Shown in pieces: positions 1 to 12,884 of a stretch of DNA of 64,000 bases. Positions within the stretch are counted from its first letter, which is position 1. Every line of letters starts with the position of its first letter. This stretch comes from Felis catus (lineage: Eukaryota), in assembly GCF_018350175.1 (NCBI RefSeq), contig NC_058368.1, positions 79,610,001-79,674,000 of the forward strand, given 5' to 3'. The notes under the pieces were generated by a model. The model searched no databases and was not told the DNA's origin. It worked only from the letters and a program-made list of their open reading frames with translations. The translations under genes were made by a program, and so were the position numbers.

Positions 1-3000
1 TCATTCTGAAGTCCTAGAACCTCGAAATACAAGTGTGGGAGGTACAATTTCCATTCTCATTAAGAAGTCAGCCCATGAAACCGACAGTAAGGAACTCTGT
101 CATTAGAGGTATCCCTGCCTTCCTCCCTTCCCATTGCCAAATAAGCGCTTTATTTATTTAAAGCTTGTTCGACACCTTGTGATTTTCCAACTGTTCCCCC
201 ATACTTTTTCAGCAAAAGTCAGCTAATAACATCTGCCAAGCTGCTCTCCACGCATGGTCTGTTGCCAACAAGCAGCCTGGATGAAAGTTTTTCTCAGGGT
301 CCAAGACCTTCCCTTGGAAGTTCTCTTTGGTTTTACGGATAACTAACTGGCCGTATCTTTTAGCAAAGGAGTGTTTTTCTGTTTGCTTGTTTTGCTTTCT
401 TTACATAAAATCGTACACGAGGACTCTTTTATTAAAACAAAAAGTCCTTACTGGAATAATTTAATTACCTATTATAAAGCAGTCAATTTCATTAAAATGT
501 AGACGTTAAAAACGCACCACAAATCCACAATGCAAATAATAGTAAGCATCGTTAATTCTCTTCTCTGTTTCCTGTAACAAAGGCACACATAAGGAGGAGA
601 AAAGTAGATAACGTTTTAGTGCTTGTGAGTTTTTTTTTTCTTTTTAATTCTTAACCCTGTGTAGCTGTTTGACAGTATTTTCTATCTAGATGAACTGTAT
701 CTAAAAACTAACTGAGCAGATAGTTAAGTGGCATACTATACGACCGGTTAGAATAGCTTCAATTTAAAATGTCCTTTTAAATTTAAATTTAATTTAAAAT
801 GTGCTTTATGAGGAAAAAAATAAAGTAAAATAAAATAAAATGTGCTTTAGAAGGTACAGATTTTAAGTTCAGAGGCTTATGTCAGAGGACATGTTCAGTC
901 TTTTTAAAAAGTAGAGCATTTCATCACATTTTGCTGTATTAAATAATGTGGTTCAGTAGCTCATTTAATAAATTTCTCTTTCTCTGATGAATGAACCAGG
1001 AAGAGACAGACTTTTCCCCATCTAGAATTCATAAGGGGACTTCCTGCACTTTCAAAGCTGGTTGGTTTTTTTTTTTTTTTTTTTCACAAATATATTTGCT
1101 AATATGTTTCAACTGAAATTTCACAAGAATTTTGTAACATGCTAATTCTGTGCAACAGAATGATTTACAAGAGAGAATGTAACTGCTGTTTGGATACCTT
1201 ACTACCTGTGCATGACTTTTCAAATATCTAAAGCACCAAGATTTAATGGATTGTATTGGTTCCTTGGGCATTGTGAAGGTTTCCACTTTAGTATTTATGT
1301 TGCTCATTGTAAGTACTTGTGTATCTTAATTTGTGTCTTTCTGAAATATTCACTGGGGAGAAGGGATTTTCTCAAATAAATGACTATTTCATGTACACGT
1401 AAGGTGAAGCAAACTACTGTAACTTTAAACATGAGAATTCTTCTGGAAAATGTATGCACTGAATCAAAACTCCTTGGAGAAAAGGCTCATGTAGTAGCAC
1501 AGCTAACCCAATACTCGCAACATTTTCATTTTAAATATGTTGAAGAAATGTATAAACCAGCAATTATAAAGTGACTATGGTTAGTAACTTAACATTTTTA
1601 TTAATTCACCTCTGGATTTTGTGGTGTTTGAATTTTGAGACTGTATTTCTAAATTCAAAACGAAACAGACCTTCCCCCCACAGACTTTCCATGATAGAAA
1701 TTAAAATTTTACATGAATGACTGCCTAACATTACTGAAGCGTAAAACAAACAAAACAAACAAAAACAAACCAAAAGGGTTTCTTCTTAGAATAACCCTCT
1801 TGGGATGCTTGGCCCTATAACAAAACTCACGTTTTGCACGACCAGATTGGTGCCCTGGGTAGGTATTGGCTGTCAGCGTTCTAGCTGCTGGGTTAAAACG
1901 TTGTTTGGTTGGTGTTACTGTGGTTTTCTGTCAGAGCAAAGCAAAATTGTCTGCCTCTCAATGTGTTGATCACAAGCAGATGACATTAAAAAAAGAGTCT
2001 CTAAAATGACACAGCTATATTTTCTAGAAGGGAGGGGGCATGAGCGGTGAGGAGAGCCATGTGTCCTTGAACAGAGCAAATGTTAGGAAAGATCAGCCCG
2101 TGTTCATTGATCCCACTGTTTGCTCTAGGAGCGAGCTTTCGCCCTGTTTGTAAACTGCTGCGGGGGTGGGGGGTGGTGAGCAGGACACAAGCCACCCTGC
2201 TTTTTGCCAGCTGCTCCGGCGTTTTGTGGAACTGGATTGTAGTCACAAACCTTCCCCTTTGCTGCAGCTCACGTGCTGTCCCAGGCTTGCCTTTGAGTCT
2301 GTTTTCTAGAGTTGTTTTGAAATCCAACCTAAAGATAACAGCGAAATGTGACCCGTTCTTGTGAAGAGTGCCACCAACCGGCCGTGCTTCTTCCTAAGGC
2401 AGAACAGGCTTTTTTGCAAGACGCTGCAGCCAGGGAGGTGGCCGAAAGTTGGTTACAACCTAACCTACCTTACACTTGCTGTGCACAAATCTCTAAATAG
2501 GTGGGTAGAAGCAGTTTGGGATAAATCTGACAATGAGCGACTTGGGGCACAATCAGAGGACAAATGAAAGGACACATTCAGTTTAAAAGCTTATTTTTTA
2601 TGATTGGGTAGGTATCAAGCTAATATGTTCACATTTTCTGATATATTTTAGCTCAATTTGCATATTTACTTACCAAGAGCAGTTACTGTATGAAACTGAG
2701 TATCAATGTTCGTTTAAGACTTTGGAAAACTTCGTAGGCAACACAATGAAAACAAACAAGGATCTGAAGTCAGGATTATTGTGGAGTAAACGTGAGTTAC
2801 AGTCAAGATTGGTTTGTCTTGCAAGCAAGCTTTTTATCGCATTTCTTCACTAAGTCGACTTGTCAGTCTCAAATTTTTGTTTTTAGAATAAGCCAGTCGT
2901 CTTGGGGGATATTGAAAAGCAACGTTTGAAAAAGTACAGATGGGAAAGAAAATGTATCTTAAAAGCCAAGAATAACAAAATCATTTTTAAACTGCAAATA

Positions 3001-3851
3001 ATAAGTGGCAGTTAATAAATGTCAAATGTGGCTATTTTTTATTAAGATAACGTGAACTTACGCACTCACGACTTACTTACCAACTCTAAATGTAAAAATT
3101 ACATTTTCTTTTTACTTGTTTTCATCGTCTCTAGGGAAGGTAAGTACTAGAGGTACTCAAGGTAGGAAATGGAGTTTAGAGGTGAGTTATCTACGTAGAG
3201 TGAAGAGATCAGAAAATTTGCTTTCTTTACTGCCAAGCAAGCCTTTCTGGTGCCTTTCTCTGTGGTTGGACAAAAGATGGTGATATGTAAAATAGTGATA
3301 ATAATAACTAGTAAGGATAGCTCATCCCTATACTCACGTATGTTATGCAATGCGATCCGTACCAGTCTGTGGGACGAGTAAAATATATACAATTCTCCCA
3401 TGATGCTGATACTGTAAATACATGATTCCATTGCAAGTGGAAATAGAATCTTGTTCTTTTCATTCCCCCCCCCCCCCCCCCCCCGGGCAAGCTTCACTAA
3501 CCTGTCCTGTGCACCCACATACAATGTTTCAGAAGCACAATTAGCTTCTTATATATTATTATTGTACTTTTTACCTTGTTTAGATCATGTATAACAGAGG
3601 ATATCGACTGCGCTAGCTTGAGGAAATACGAATTAGTGAGGTTCACAAGAAAATAATGCAGGTGCATTTAGTGCCGTTTTCTGCTCCCGGATGGGTGTTA
3701 ATTGCAGATAGTCAGTTTAGATAAGCTGGTTCTCAGAATGACCACTGCAAACACCAGCCAGTGTCCCGCAGCTGCCAGCTCTTTTTTACCTGTCAGCCCA
3801 GCCTCTTGCTAAAAGAGGACAAAAATAAGAATTCCATATAAAAATTTTCTT

Positions 3852-3906
3852 TTTAAAAATTTTTATATTTATTTTTGAGAGACACCGAGCATGACCAGGG
3901 GAAGGG

Positions 3907-3950
<44 letters not shown>

Positions 3951-4079
3951 ATCCGAAGCAGGCTCCAGGCTCCGAACTGCCAGCACAGAGCCCGACAACA
4001 GGGTTCGAACTCACAAACTATGAGATCATGACCTGAGCTGAAGCCGGCCGCTTAACCAACTGAGCCACCCAGGTGCCCC
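3852..4079 (-). mobile_element. CanSINE (tRNA-derived carnivore SINE)
   Basis: Reverse complement of GGGGCACCTGGGTGGCTCAG head, A/B boxes, (CT)n tract and A-rich tail. Confidence 0.95.
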
Positions 4080-6600
4080 TAAAAATGTTCTTAAAATTAC
4101 TTGTTGTACTGCAAGACTGCCTTTTTATGTAGCAAATACTAAGAATTGAAAAGCCATATTTACGGCTGCTGTTGAAAAGCAAACGGACAATGGAATATAT
4201 TGCTATTTTGAGAGTTGACATTTTTCTGTTTTTATTTTGGGAAACTGGTACCTGACTTTAAAATTTCTACACCGTAGAGGTGTATTACAATTTCAAGATG
4301 ACACCAACATCCCTTATAGTATGAGTTAGAAAGGAAACCAATATGCATGCAGTGACTTAACCTCGTTGGATAAAGTTACTCTGTTTTCATTATAGAGTAA
4401 TAGAAAAATAGGAATATCCTTCACTGCTCAGGTGAATTGATATATCTTCCTCAATCCAAAATACAAAAATCACCAAGTTACTAAGCATGTGTCCAGTATT
4501 TGTTAAGCATCAAATGTATTTTAGGAATTACCTAGAATGTAAGTCTTTGCCCTTCGTTTTCTATCTAAATAATACGGCACTGTTTCCTTAAGTGATTAAC
4601 GTTTAGGTTCCTTTTTTCTCTTGTAGCTTTTATTCAATATTGTCTCATAACTTGGACACAAAAATTATTAGGTGTTATTATGACCATCATCCAGCATTTT
4701 CTTAGTGGTTTATATTAATTCTTAAGGCTGCTCTCTTAGCCTCTTCTTGCCAAGAATATGTGCCGGAGAAAGTGATTTTCGTCTCCGAGCACAAAACTTT
4801 TACCAACGGTCTCACATCAAATTGCATGTTCAGGAAAATTGCGGGACAAGGGGATATGGAAATAAAACAAGAACGGAACTTCACCTTGGTAAATAAAACG
4901 ATCTTCCAATTGTAATTTTGTTTGCACTCAGAGGAAGGAGGGATGCACAAGAAAAGTACGAGGTGAATCAAGGCAACTTTAAAATGAATCTTTTTTAAGG
5001 TGTCTTTTGATTTGATTTGATTTGGTTCCACCGATGTTAGGCGTTGCGCAGTTAACATGGGAATAGCTTTGCACGTGACCCTGAGAGAGTTGGTCAGGAC
5101 CACAGCTCCCAGGGCCTCTGGTTCCTGCACCTGTACCATCAGGAGTTCCCCTCGCTCCCACAGAAGCATGTCTGCCCTGCCCCGTTCTGATTCAGTGCTC
5201 AGGTAGAGAGCCATAGCCCCATGGTCCCTGCGTGCAAGTCCCCGTCTCAAACTGCTCCTTAAATACAATGAGCTGGTGTGCGGTGGCATCTCGCTGCCAG
5301 TCCCCTTGGTCCTTCTCTTCCCTTTGAATTCTTAACCCAGTTCCCTTTTCCGCCTTCTGAGTGGTGTTTGCAGTCTCGAGCTCATTCCATAGGAGGCCAA
5401 ACCCCTTTTTGTTTCCCCAGCTTTGTTTACCGGATGGTGTTCCCCGTTATGATTGGGTTACAATTTCAAACGTGAAAATGCGTGATTAAAACGTTTTGGC
5501 GATAAGCACCAAGAGCCCATCTTATAAATAAGGCCCATCCGTTTAAAATAAATTAAGGGCACTGAAACCGGCACATGCCTTTCGAAGCTACCCTCCTACC
5601 CTCCTGTTCCAAACTGAACACACCCTAGGGAATTAAACTAGTAAACACACTCTCCAAATTTCTTTCCATGGAAATCAGTTGTAATTAGTCAAACATTACT
5701 AATTCTGTTAAGTCCAGTGTTAGGTTGATTTTTAAAAAAGCCCATGTTCTGATCCCACCTCAGTCTGTGGGCTAAGGAACTGTTTGCATAGTATGAAATA
5801 ACACGGGTACGTGCTTTCTGGTTATGCTATCTGGTGCCCAATTCATACTAACCCAGTGAAATATTTGATTCGAGCAAAGTTATCAATATATTTCAAGCAT
5901 TTCCTTTGTGCCAGATACCGTGTGTGGTCCCGTGGGCACAAAAGTGCAAGCCCACACCAGCCACCCTGTGGTGCCTGCTCGTTCCCTGGGTCTCTTGGGC
6001 TCCCACACCGCTGGCTGGGTTAGAGAAATAAACATGGCGACCTCCCATCCCTCAAGCCATTTCTAGGAGTGTGTTTGCAGACAGCCGCCCTGAGATACGA
6101 AGCGATGGCGCCTTCCAGGACAATCGGCAGGCTTGCTTCTTTCCTGCTACAAAAGAGGTGGGTTCCCCCAGCCCGTTGAGCTAGCTGTGACAACCTTCTG
6201 CACAGGTAGCATGCACCGGGCTTCTCCATGGCACCCCCGTGGTACTTGGGGAGGGAACAAGAAGCCAGTCACACTGTTGTCTGTGTCACGAGTCTCTGAC
6301 CCTAGCAGCCCCCATCCTCTGCCGGCATGCATGGCACGGGGGAGGCTAACCAATGAGCTCGTCAGGAAGAGGAAATGCACTTTCAGACCCGACAGCGCCC
6401 TCTGGAAGCTCACCGAAGAAGAGAAACTACATGCCAATTGCTAAATCAAAGGGCCAACTAAGTGCAGAAAGATCCAATGACACAGGGGAAATGAGTGAGT
6501 GCGTTACAAGGCTGGCATTTTACCTCACTGGGGGAGAAGACAGATTATCCAACAAACAGGGTTTGCATACCTGGAAAATATATCTGAAGACACGTTAAGG

Positions 6601-6806
6601 CTTATTTATTTTTCAGACAGAGAGAGACAGAGCATGAATGGGGGAGGGGTAGAGAGAGAGGGAGACACAGAATCCGAAGCAGGCTCCGGGCTCTGAGCCA
6701 TCAGCACAGAGCCCAACGCGGGGTTCCAACTCACGAACCGTGAGATCATGACCTGAGCTGATATCAAGAGTCGGACGCTCAACCAACTGAGCCACCCAGG
6801 CGCCCC
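6601..6806 (-). mobile_element. CanSINE
   Basis: Full SINE body; flanks gacacgttaa/gacacattaa are TSD-like. Confidence 0.95.
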
Positions 6807-6939
6807 TGCAGACACATTAAATTTGAATGCCTGTCTCCTTTCACTAAATCGTCAGTTGAATTAAGGATTTAAGCATTAAAACACAAAACCATAAAATGTA
6901 GGAGAAAATGAAAGAAATATTGATGACTTTGACTTTCTG

Positions 6940-7600
6940 AAACAATCCCGCAGGGAGAAAATACAGTAAAAGCAAAGTCAAAGTGCAAAAAGTGAACTGG
7001 GAAGAAAGCATAGCCAGCATCACAGATAAAGTGCTAATTCTTATGTCTTTGTATAATACCTTAAGGGCTCCTGTAAGACAATTTAATAAAGAATCCAAAA
7101 TCGTAGTGTAAAAATGGGTGAAGGAACTGAGCACAGATGTCATGATAACATAAGCACATGCAAGAAAGTCTTAAATATATGAAAGTTTGCTTAACCTTTC
7201 ACATAATAAGATAAATGCAAATTAAAACCACAAAGTGGTACAATCATTCACCTATCAGATTGGCTCAGATTGAGAATTTGATAACACAGTGTGTTTGCCA
7301 GAATGTTGGGCAAGGTTCCCACACAGGGCTGTGGTGGTACCAACAGAAACACGTGTGCTGAGCAGCTTGACTGTATCTATCAGAGTGGCAAATGCCCACA
7401 TGCCTGGACCCATGATTTAGCTTCTAGGAATTACTTGTGCATGTGCGAAGTGATTTCTTTATGAGGGTATTTATCGCATTGATAATTGCAATAGAGACAG
7501 ATACTCATGTGAAACGATATGTATTGAAGTATCTTCATTTCAGTCTTGCCTGGAATAAGAAAAATGTGGAAGCAAGTTGAATGCCAACAATTTGGAACTG
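6940..7600 (+). mobile_element. Old LINE-1 (L1M-type) 3' ORF2 remnant
   Basis: Decayed motifs such as atgcaaattaaaaccacaa and cacctatcagattggc; no open frame. Confidence 0.65.
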
Positions 7601-7709
7601 ATCAAATTTTATCTATGCCTCCAGCTACCTGCCTACCTATCTATCCATCTTAGCCTGTAAGGAAATATACAGATGGTGTTCCGAATCATGACTGGATTAC
7701 AATTTCAAA

Positions 7710-7894
7710 GCATTTATTTTGTTTTGCTTTTTTAGAGAGAGCGGGAGAGGGAGGGGGTAGGGGCAAAGGGAGAGAGAGAAAAAGACAGAGAGAGAGAGAG
7801 AGACAGACAGATTCAGGATTCGATCCCATGACCCTGGGATCATGACTGAAATCAAGAGTCAGGCGCTCAACCGACTGAGCCACCCAGGCGCCCC
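7710..7894 (-). mobile_element. CanSINE with 17-bp TSD
   Basis: tggattacaatttcaaa at 7693-7709 and 7895-7911. Confidence 0.95.
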
Positions 7895-8229
7895 TGGATT
7901 ACAATTTCAAACATTAAATTAAATAATTAAAACATTATAGTGCTAATAACCAAGTGCCCCTTTTATAAACAAGGCACACCCATCTACAACCCAGTAGGTG
8001 TAAGAGTGGTGTAAATGAATAGCAGGATATATGTGACAGGAACAGGAACGTGTCAGCTCTGTTTACAGCGACCCATAATCACATTTGAGGATATGCTGTA
8101 AGGTGGGCATGTAAGTCACAGTGCGGATCTGGGCTGGGGCAGGGTGGAAGACAGGTTTTCTGAATTTTGTAACACAAGAATCTGTTCAATGGTCAAAGGG
8201 GTGAAAATAATTCATTTTAGTTTTAACTA

Positions 8230-8900
8230 AGGGCTCAGTAGACCTTGGTGAGAGTTTGGGCATGTGGGAGGAGGGGCAGAGTCAGAAATGGCTACTGGAA
8301 AGTCTTGCGGGGCGACTGGGACCCACAGAGCCCTCTCCTGAGAGAAGGTGGCAGAGGGAGAATGGAGAGGTGACCCAGCCACCCAAGGGAAGATGTTGGC
8401 AGACTGTCGGAGGGGTTTGGATAGGAGATGAGTTTGGGGGCCCGGGCAGGCTGCTAGAGCCATGCCAAGAGGGTGAGTGAGAGGAAGGCCCGGCTGCCCA
8501 GATCACACTGGCATTGGGAAGGGCAGAAGGGGGAGCCCACTGGGGGCCCAGGGAAGAAGCAGTCTTTGAACGGGAGGGGGGGGACCAGCGGGATGGGGGT
8601 CATGGGTGTGAGCAGAGCGGGAGCGGGGGGGTGGCAGCAGGCACAGTCATGACAACCACGAGGAGTCATCCGGTGAGGTAGGTCTGGATCTCCTCCTGGG
8701 CATCTGTGGAGAGGGAGGGGTTGGAATCCAGAGACGCACGTAAAACGGGCCAGGGTCCCTGAGGAGGAAATGCAAGGGACAGAACACTTCCCTTCTGCGC
8801 TGGAAGGTCTGTGCGGCCAAAGCCATGGGCGTCAACAAGGACGGCAGGTGCAGGTGCGGGAGAGCTGAGCTGGGGACCAAGGGCAAGAGCTTGGGTTCCT
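8230..8900 (-). mobile_element. L2 (LINE-2) remnant
   Basis: Minus strand reads gcccatggcttt...ccctctccacag...tccagacctacctc, resembling decayed L2 3' ORF. Confidence 0.5.
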
Positions 8901-9410
8901 GTAGCACACACACTCAGGTTTACAGTGGGGTGACTCTTAGAAGGATGGACTAGAAGTGTTCGGGAAACAAAGGAGGAAAATGGGGCTGGTCGAAAAGCAA
9001 GGACCACTTAGCATGACCCCGTGGGAACAGGTGGATGGTGGGAGGGGCGGGATGCATGACAGGTTGAGTTTTCGTAGTGTCTGTGAAGATGCTTATTGAA
9101 CTGTGTGGCCGGGAGTGAGGCTTGGCCTCTGGGAGGGCACCTGAGTCCCCTTCTCTTGGTTTTGCTTGTGCTGGCATCCACGATGGGTGCAGCACGAGCT
9201 GTCATGGGTGCACAGAGAGGCACCAGCCAGGAGGTACCTCGTGGGGGACAGGGACGGAGAGAGATCCGTGTGTGCCCCTGATTGTTGTGTGTGGGCCTCT
9301 GTCATGTCTGGACATGGGTCTCCGTTGTCCCCTCCGTCTCATGGCTGTCTTGTTGTGAATCTTTGAGCCCCTATTACCGACTCTCCCCCAAAGTCAACGT
9401 CGTCTTGCTC

Positions 9411-9490
9411 TTTCTTTTTTTTTTTTAATGTTTATTTATTTTTGAGAGAGAGACAGACATACAGAGTGTGAGTGGGGGAGGGGCAGAGAG
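9411..9490 (-). mobile_element. CanSINE 3' fragment
   Basis: T-tract, aatgtttatttatttttgagagag and ggggaggggcagagag; head absent. Confidence 0.85.
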
Positions 9491-10011
9491 GAACATGGGT
9501 CAGAATCCCTTGCCTCGACTCAAGCTGACAGCTTGTTAGAACTTGTTCACATAGTACCTGTGGCGGATGCAACTTGTTTATACCAGCAGCTCCCTTTGAG
9601 TGCTCAGGTCAAGAATTTCCAGAGGTCGTGCCGTTAGACAACTGTCAGGTGGCCCCAATCACGCGTGATGAATGTCGATGTTATTCTGGAACAGGCATGG
9701 AAACTGGTGCCCGATCTTTCTTCCTGTCCTCGCCGCTGCAGGCTGGCTGGCTTTCTTCACCCCACGGCCTCAGAGCACCTCCGTTCGTGGCCCCTCCGTC
9801 CTGCCTTGGGCCGCTGTTGATTCCTGCTTTACCCTGGATCCGCTTTGTCAAGGAACCACACGGTTGATGCTCGACACATTCTTGTCCCGCCTATTCTACC
9901 TTTTTGGGCTATACTTGCATACTTTTTCCTCTACTGGAACATTTTTGCGATTATAGAAAGGCGCAAATGAATGGATACATTAAGCCCTTTGAATCATAAA
10001 AGGCCGGCACA

Positions 10012-10182
10012 TTTTTTTTTCAATGTTTATTTATTTTTGAGAGACAGAGAGAGACAGAGTGTGAGTAGGGGAGGGGCGGAGAGAGAGGGAGACACAGAAT
10101 TCAAAGCAGGCTCCAGGCTCCGAGCTGTCAGCACAGAGCCCAACACGGGGCTCGAACCCATGAACTGTGAGATCATGACCTG
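10012..10182 (-). mobile_element. 5'-truncated CanSINE with TSD
   Basis: Ends at tcatgacctg (A-box missing); ggccggcacatt on both sides. Confidence 0.92.
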
Positions 10183-10868
10183 GGAAAGGGCCGGCACATT
10201 ATACGTAGTCAATAAAGGTTTGTTATGACTTTGTATTCTGTGTCATACCATCTGTGGGCCACAGACTCAGAGACCTTGTGGACCTTCTGTCTAGGGAGTG
10301 GAGGGCTGACACCTGAGGATATACACAGGCTTGTTTCTCTAGGTCGACGTGTGGGAAATCTAGAAGGTGCGTCAAATGACCCAGGAAGGGGAGCAGTGGA
10401 TTTGGGTGCCGGGAGGGGGTGGAGTGAGGAGGGGAAAGAGGTGATCCGGGAAACCTACATTCTGAGTGCGACCCCAAGTTACAGGGCTATGAGCTGTAGA
10501 GGAACTCACTGACGTCAAGGTTTCTAGAAGAATCCATCCCAGCACCTCCTGATGAAGGGATTGGGTGAGGCTGGCAAATCTGAGTCTTCTGGAGGAGGAG
10601 TCAAAGTTTACAACTAAACCCTCGCTACTTCTTGTGCTATATTGTGCATTCTGGAAAAACATGCACGAAGTGGATATATAGTACAAATTAGTAGGTTTTT
10701 AATAAACATTTCTATGTATAGTTCCAGAAAAGTGATGGTTTATTTTCTAACCATCGCTAAAGGGGCAAAAATGAATGGAGCCAATCCGAAAGAAAAAGCT
10801 GAGGATCTCTAGGGGCCAAAATGTAATTTTGCAAAAAAAGGGGATTAATAGATAAAATCTTAGTCTAT

Positions 10869-12215
10869 CCACTTTGAGTTTATTTTTGTGAATGGTGTGA
10901 GAAAGTGGTCTAGTTTCAACCTTCTGCATGTTGCTGTCCAGTTCTCCCAGCACCATTTGTTAAAGAGGCTTTTTTCCATTGGATGTTCTTTCTTGCTTTG
11001 TCAAAGATGAGTTGGCCATACATTTGTGGGTCTAGTTCTGGGATAAAGGACCTGAATGTGAGACAGGAAACCATCAAAACCTTAGAGGAGAAAGCAGGAA
11101 AAGACCTCTCTGACCTCAGCCGTAGCAATCTCTTACTCGACACATCCCCAAAGGCAAGGGAATTAAAAGCAAAAGTGAATTACTGGGACCTTATGAAGAT
11201 AAAAAGCTTCTGCACAGCAAAGGAAACAACCAACAAAACTAAAAGGCAACCAACAGAATGGGAAAAGATATTTGCAAATGACATATCGGACAAAGGGCTA
11301 GTATCCAAAATCTATAAAGAGCTCACCAAACTCCACACCCGAAAAACAAATAACCCAGTGAAGAAATGGGCAGAAAACATGAATAGACACTTCTCTAAAG
11401 AAGACATCCGGATGGCCAACAGGCACATGAAAAGATGTTCAGCGTCGCTCCTTATCAGGGAAATACAAATCAAAACCACACTCAGGTATCACCTCACGCC
11501 AGTCAGAGTGGCCAAAATGAACAAATCAGGAGACTATAGATGCTGGAGAGGATGTGGAGAAACGGGAACCCTCTTGCACTGTTGGTGGGAATGCAAATTG
11601 GTGCAGCCGCTCTGGAAAGCAGTGTGGAGGTTCCTCAGAAAATTAAAAATAGACCTACCCTATGACCCAGCAATAGCACTGCTAGGAATTTATCCAAGGG
11701 ATACAAGAGTACTGACGCATAGGGGCACTTGTACCCCAATGTTCATAGCAGCACTCTCAACAATAGCCAAATTATGGAAAGAGCCTAAATGTCCATCAAC
11801 TGATGAATGGATAAAGAAATTGTGGTTTATATACACAATGGAATACTACGTGGCAATGAGAAAAAATGAAATATGGCCTTTTGTAGCAACGTGGATGGAA
11901 CTGGAGAGTGTGATGCTAAGTGAAATAAGCCATACAGAGAAAGACAGATACCATATGGTTTCACTCTTATGTGGATCCTGAGAAACTTAACAGGAACCCA
12001 TGGGGGAGGGGAAGGAAAAAAAAAAGAGGTTAGAGTGGGAGAGAGCCAAAGCATAAGAGACTGTTAAAAACTGAGAACAAACTGAGGGTTGATGGGGGGT
12101 GGGAGGGAGGAGAGGGTGGGTGATGGGTATTGAAGAGGGCACCTTTTGGGATGAGCACTGGGTGTTGTATGGAAACCAATTTGACAATAAATTTCATATA
12201 TAAAATAAAAAAAAT
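10869..12215 (+). mobile_element. Young felid-type LINE-1, 5'-truncated with 5' inversion
   Basis: TSD aaaatcttagtctat at 10854-10868 and 12216-12230; antisense L1 segment 10869-11040; sense ORF2 3' end, G-rich 3' UTR, AATAAA and A tail. Confidence 0.95.
10983..11981 (+). CDS. C-terminal fragment of L1 ORF2p (332-aa ORF; first ~20 aa come from the inverted segment; no endonuclease or RT domain)
   Basis: [55 protein letters not shown] and [14 protein letters not shown] are L1 ORF2 C-terminal motifs; no stops. Confidence 0.85.
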   Translation: MFFLALSKMSWPYICGSSSGIKDLNVRQETIKTLEEKAGKDLSDLSRSNLLLDTSPKARELKAKVNYWDLMKIKSFCTAKETTNKTKRQPTEWEKIFANDISDKGLVSKIYKELTKLHTRKTNNPVKKWAENMNRHFSKEDIRMANRHMKRCSASLLIREIQIKTTLRYHLTPVRVAKMNKSGDYRCWRGCGETGTLLHCWWECKLVQPLWKAVWRFLRKLKIDLPYDPAIALLGIYPRDTRVLTHRGTCTPMFIAALSTIAKLWKEPKCPSTDEWIKKLWFIYTMEYYVAMRKNEIWPFVATWMELESVMLSEISHTEKDRYHMVSLLCGS

Positions 12216-12629
12216 AAAATCTTAGTCTATTTCTCATGTGCTATTACGGCAATGTAGGATTTGTTTATTCTAATTCTTAATTCCAGAAACCGCTCAGGAC
12301 GAAGCGTGTATGTGTTTGTTAAGTTTTTATTTAAATTCCAGGTAGCTAGAGCCTGTATATTTTTTAGAGCTAGGGACAAATCTGCCATCTGGGGGTCAAC
12401 AGATAGAGAGAGGTTAACCGCCCCCCCCCCCCCCCGCCCTGTCACTCTCCTGCGGTAGAGTCATCTCGGTGTCTTTGTAGCAGATAACTCTTATTTCGAT
12501 GCAAACATACTTCTCGTATTTTGAAATCTCCTTTGCAAGATGCATCCTGGGTAAGAAGTGTACCATTCTGGTGAGTGATGGTAATAATGGTGAGGCTGTG
12601 TGTGCAGTGCTGTTATAAGCATAAAAGTG

Positions 12630-12845
12630 GGGGCGCCTGGGTGGCGCAGTCGGTTAAGCGTCCGACTTCAGCCAGGTCACGATCTCGCGGTCCGTGGGTT
12701 CAAGCCCCGCGTCAGGCTCTGGGCTGATGGCTCAGAGCCTGGAGCCTGTTTCCGATTCTGTGTCTCCCCCTCTCTCTGCCCCTCCCCCGTTCATGCTCTG
12801 TCTCTCTCTGTCCCAAAAATAAATAAACGTTAAAAAAAATTTTTT
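12630..12845 (+). mobile_element. Young CpG-rich CanSINE (felid subtype)
   Basis: gtggcgcagtcggttaagcgtccgacttcagccaggtcacg head; TSD tataagcataaaagtg on both sides. Confidence 0.95.
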
Positions 12846-12884
12846 TATAAGCATAAAAGTGCTCTAAAAAAAGTAAAGCCTTAA

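Noticed and set aside
1..2000. Repeat-poor AT-rich stretch resembling a 3' UTR
   Set aside because: Polyadenylation-like hexamers occur on both strands, but no stop-bearing exon or gene identity could be established.
2064..2130. Pre-miRNA-sized hairpin (agagcaaa…gatca…tgatc…tttgctct)
   Set aside because: Large asymmetric bulges and no match to any miRNA I recognise.
8227..9366. Cluster of Pro/Cys-rich ORFs resembling a retrogene
   Set aside because: Better explained as GC-rich decayed L2 and adjacent sequence; no poly(A), TSD or homology.
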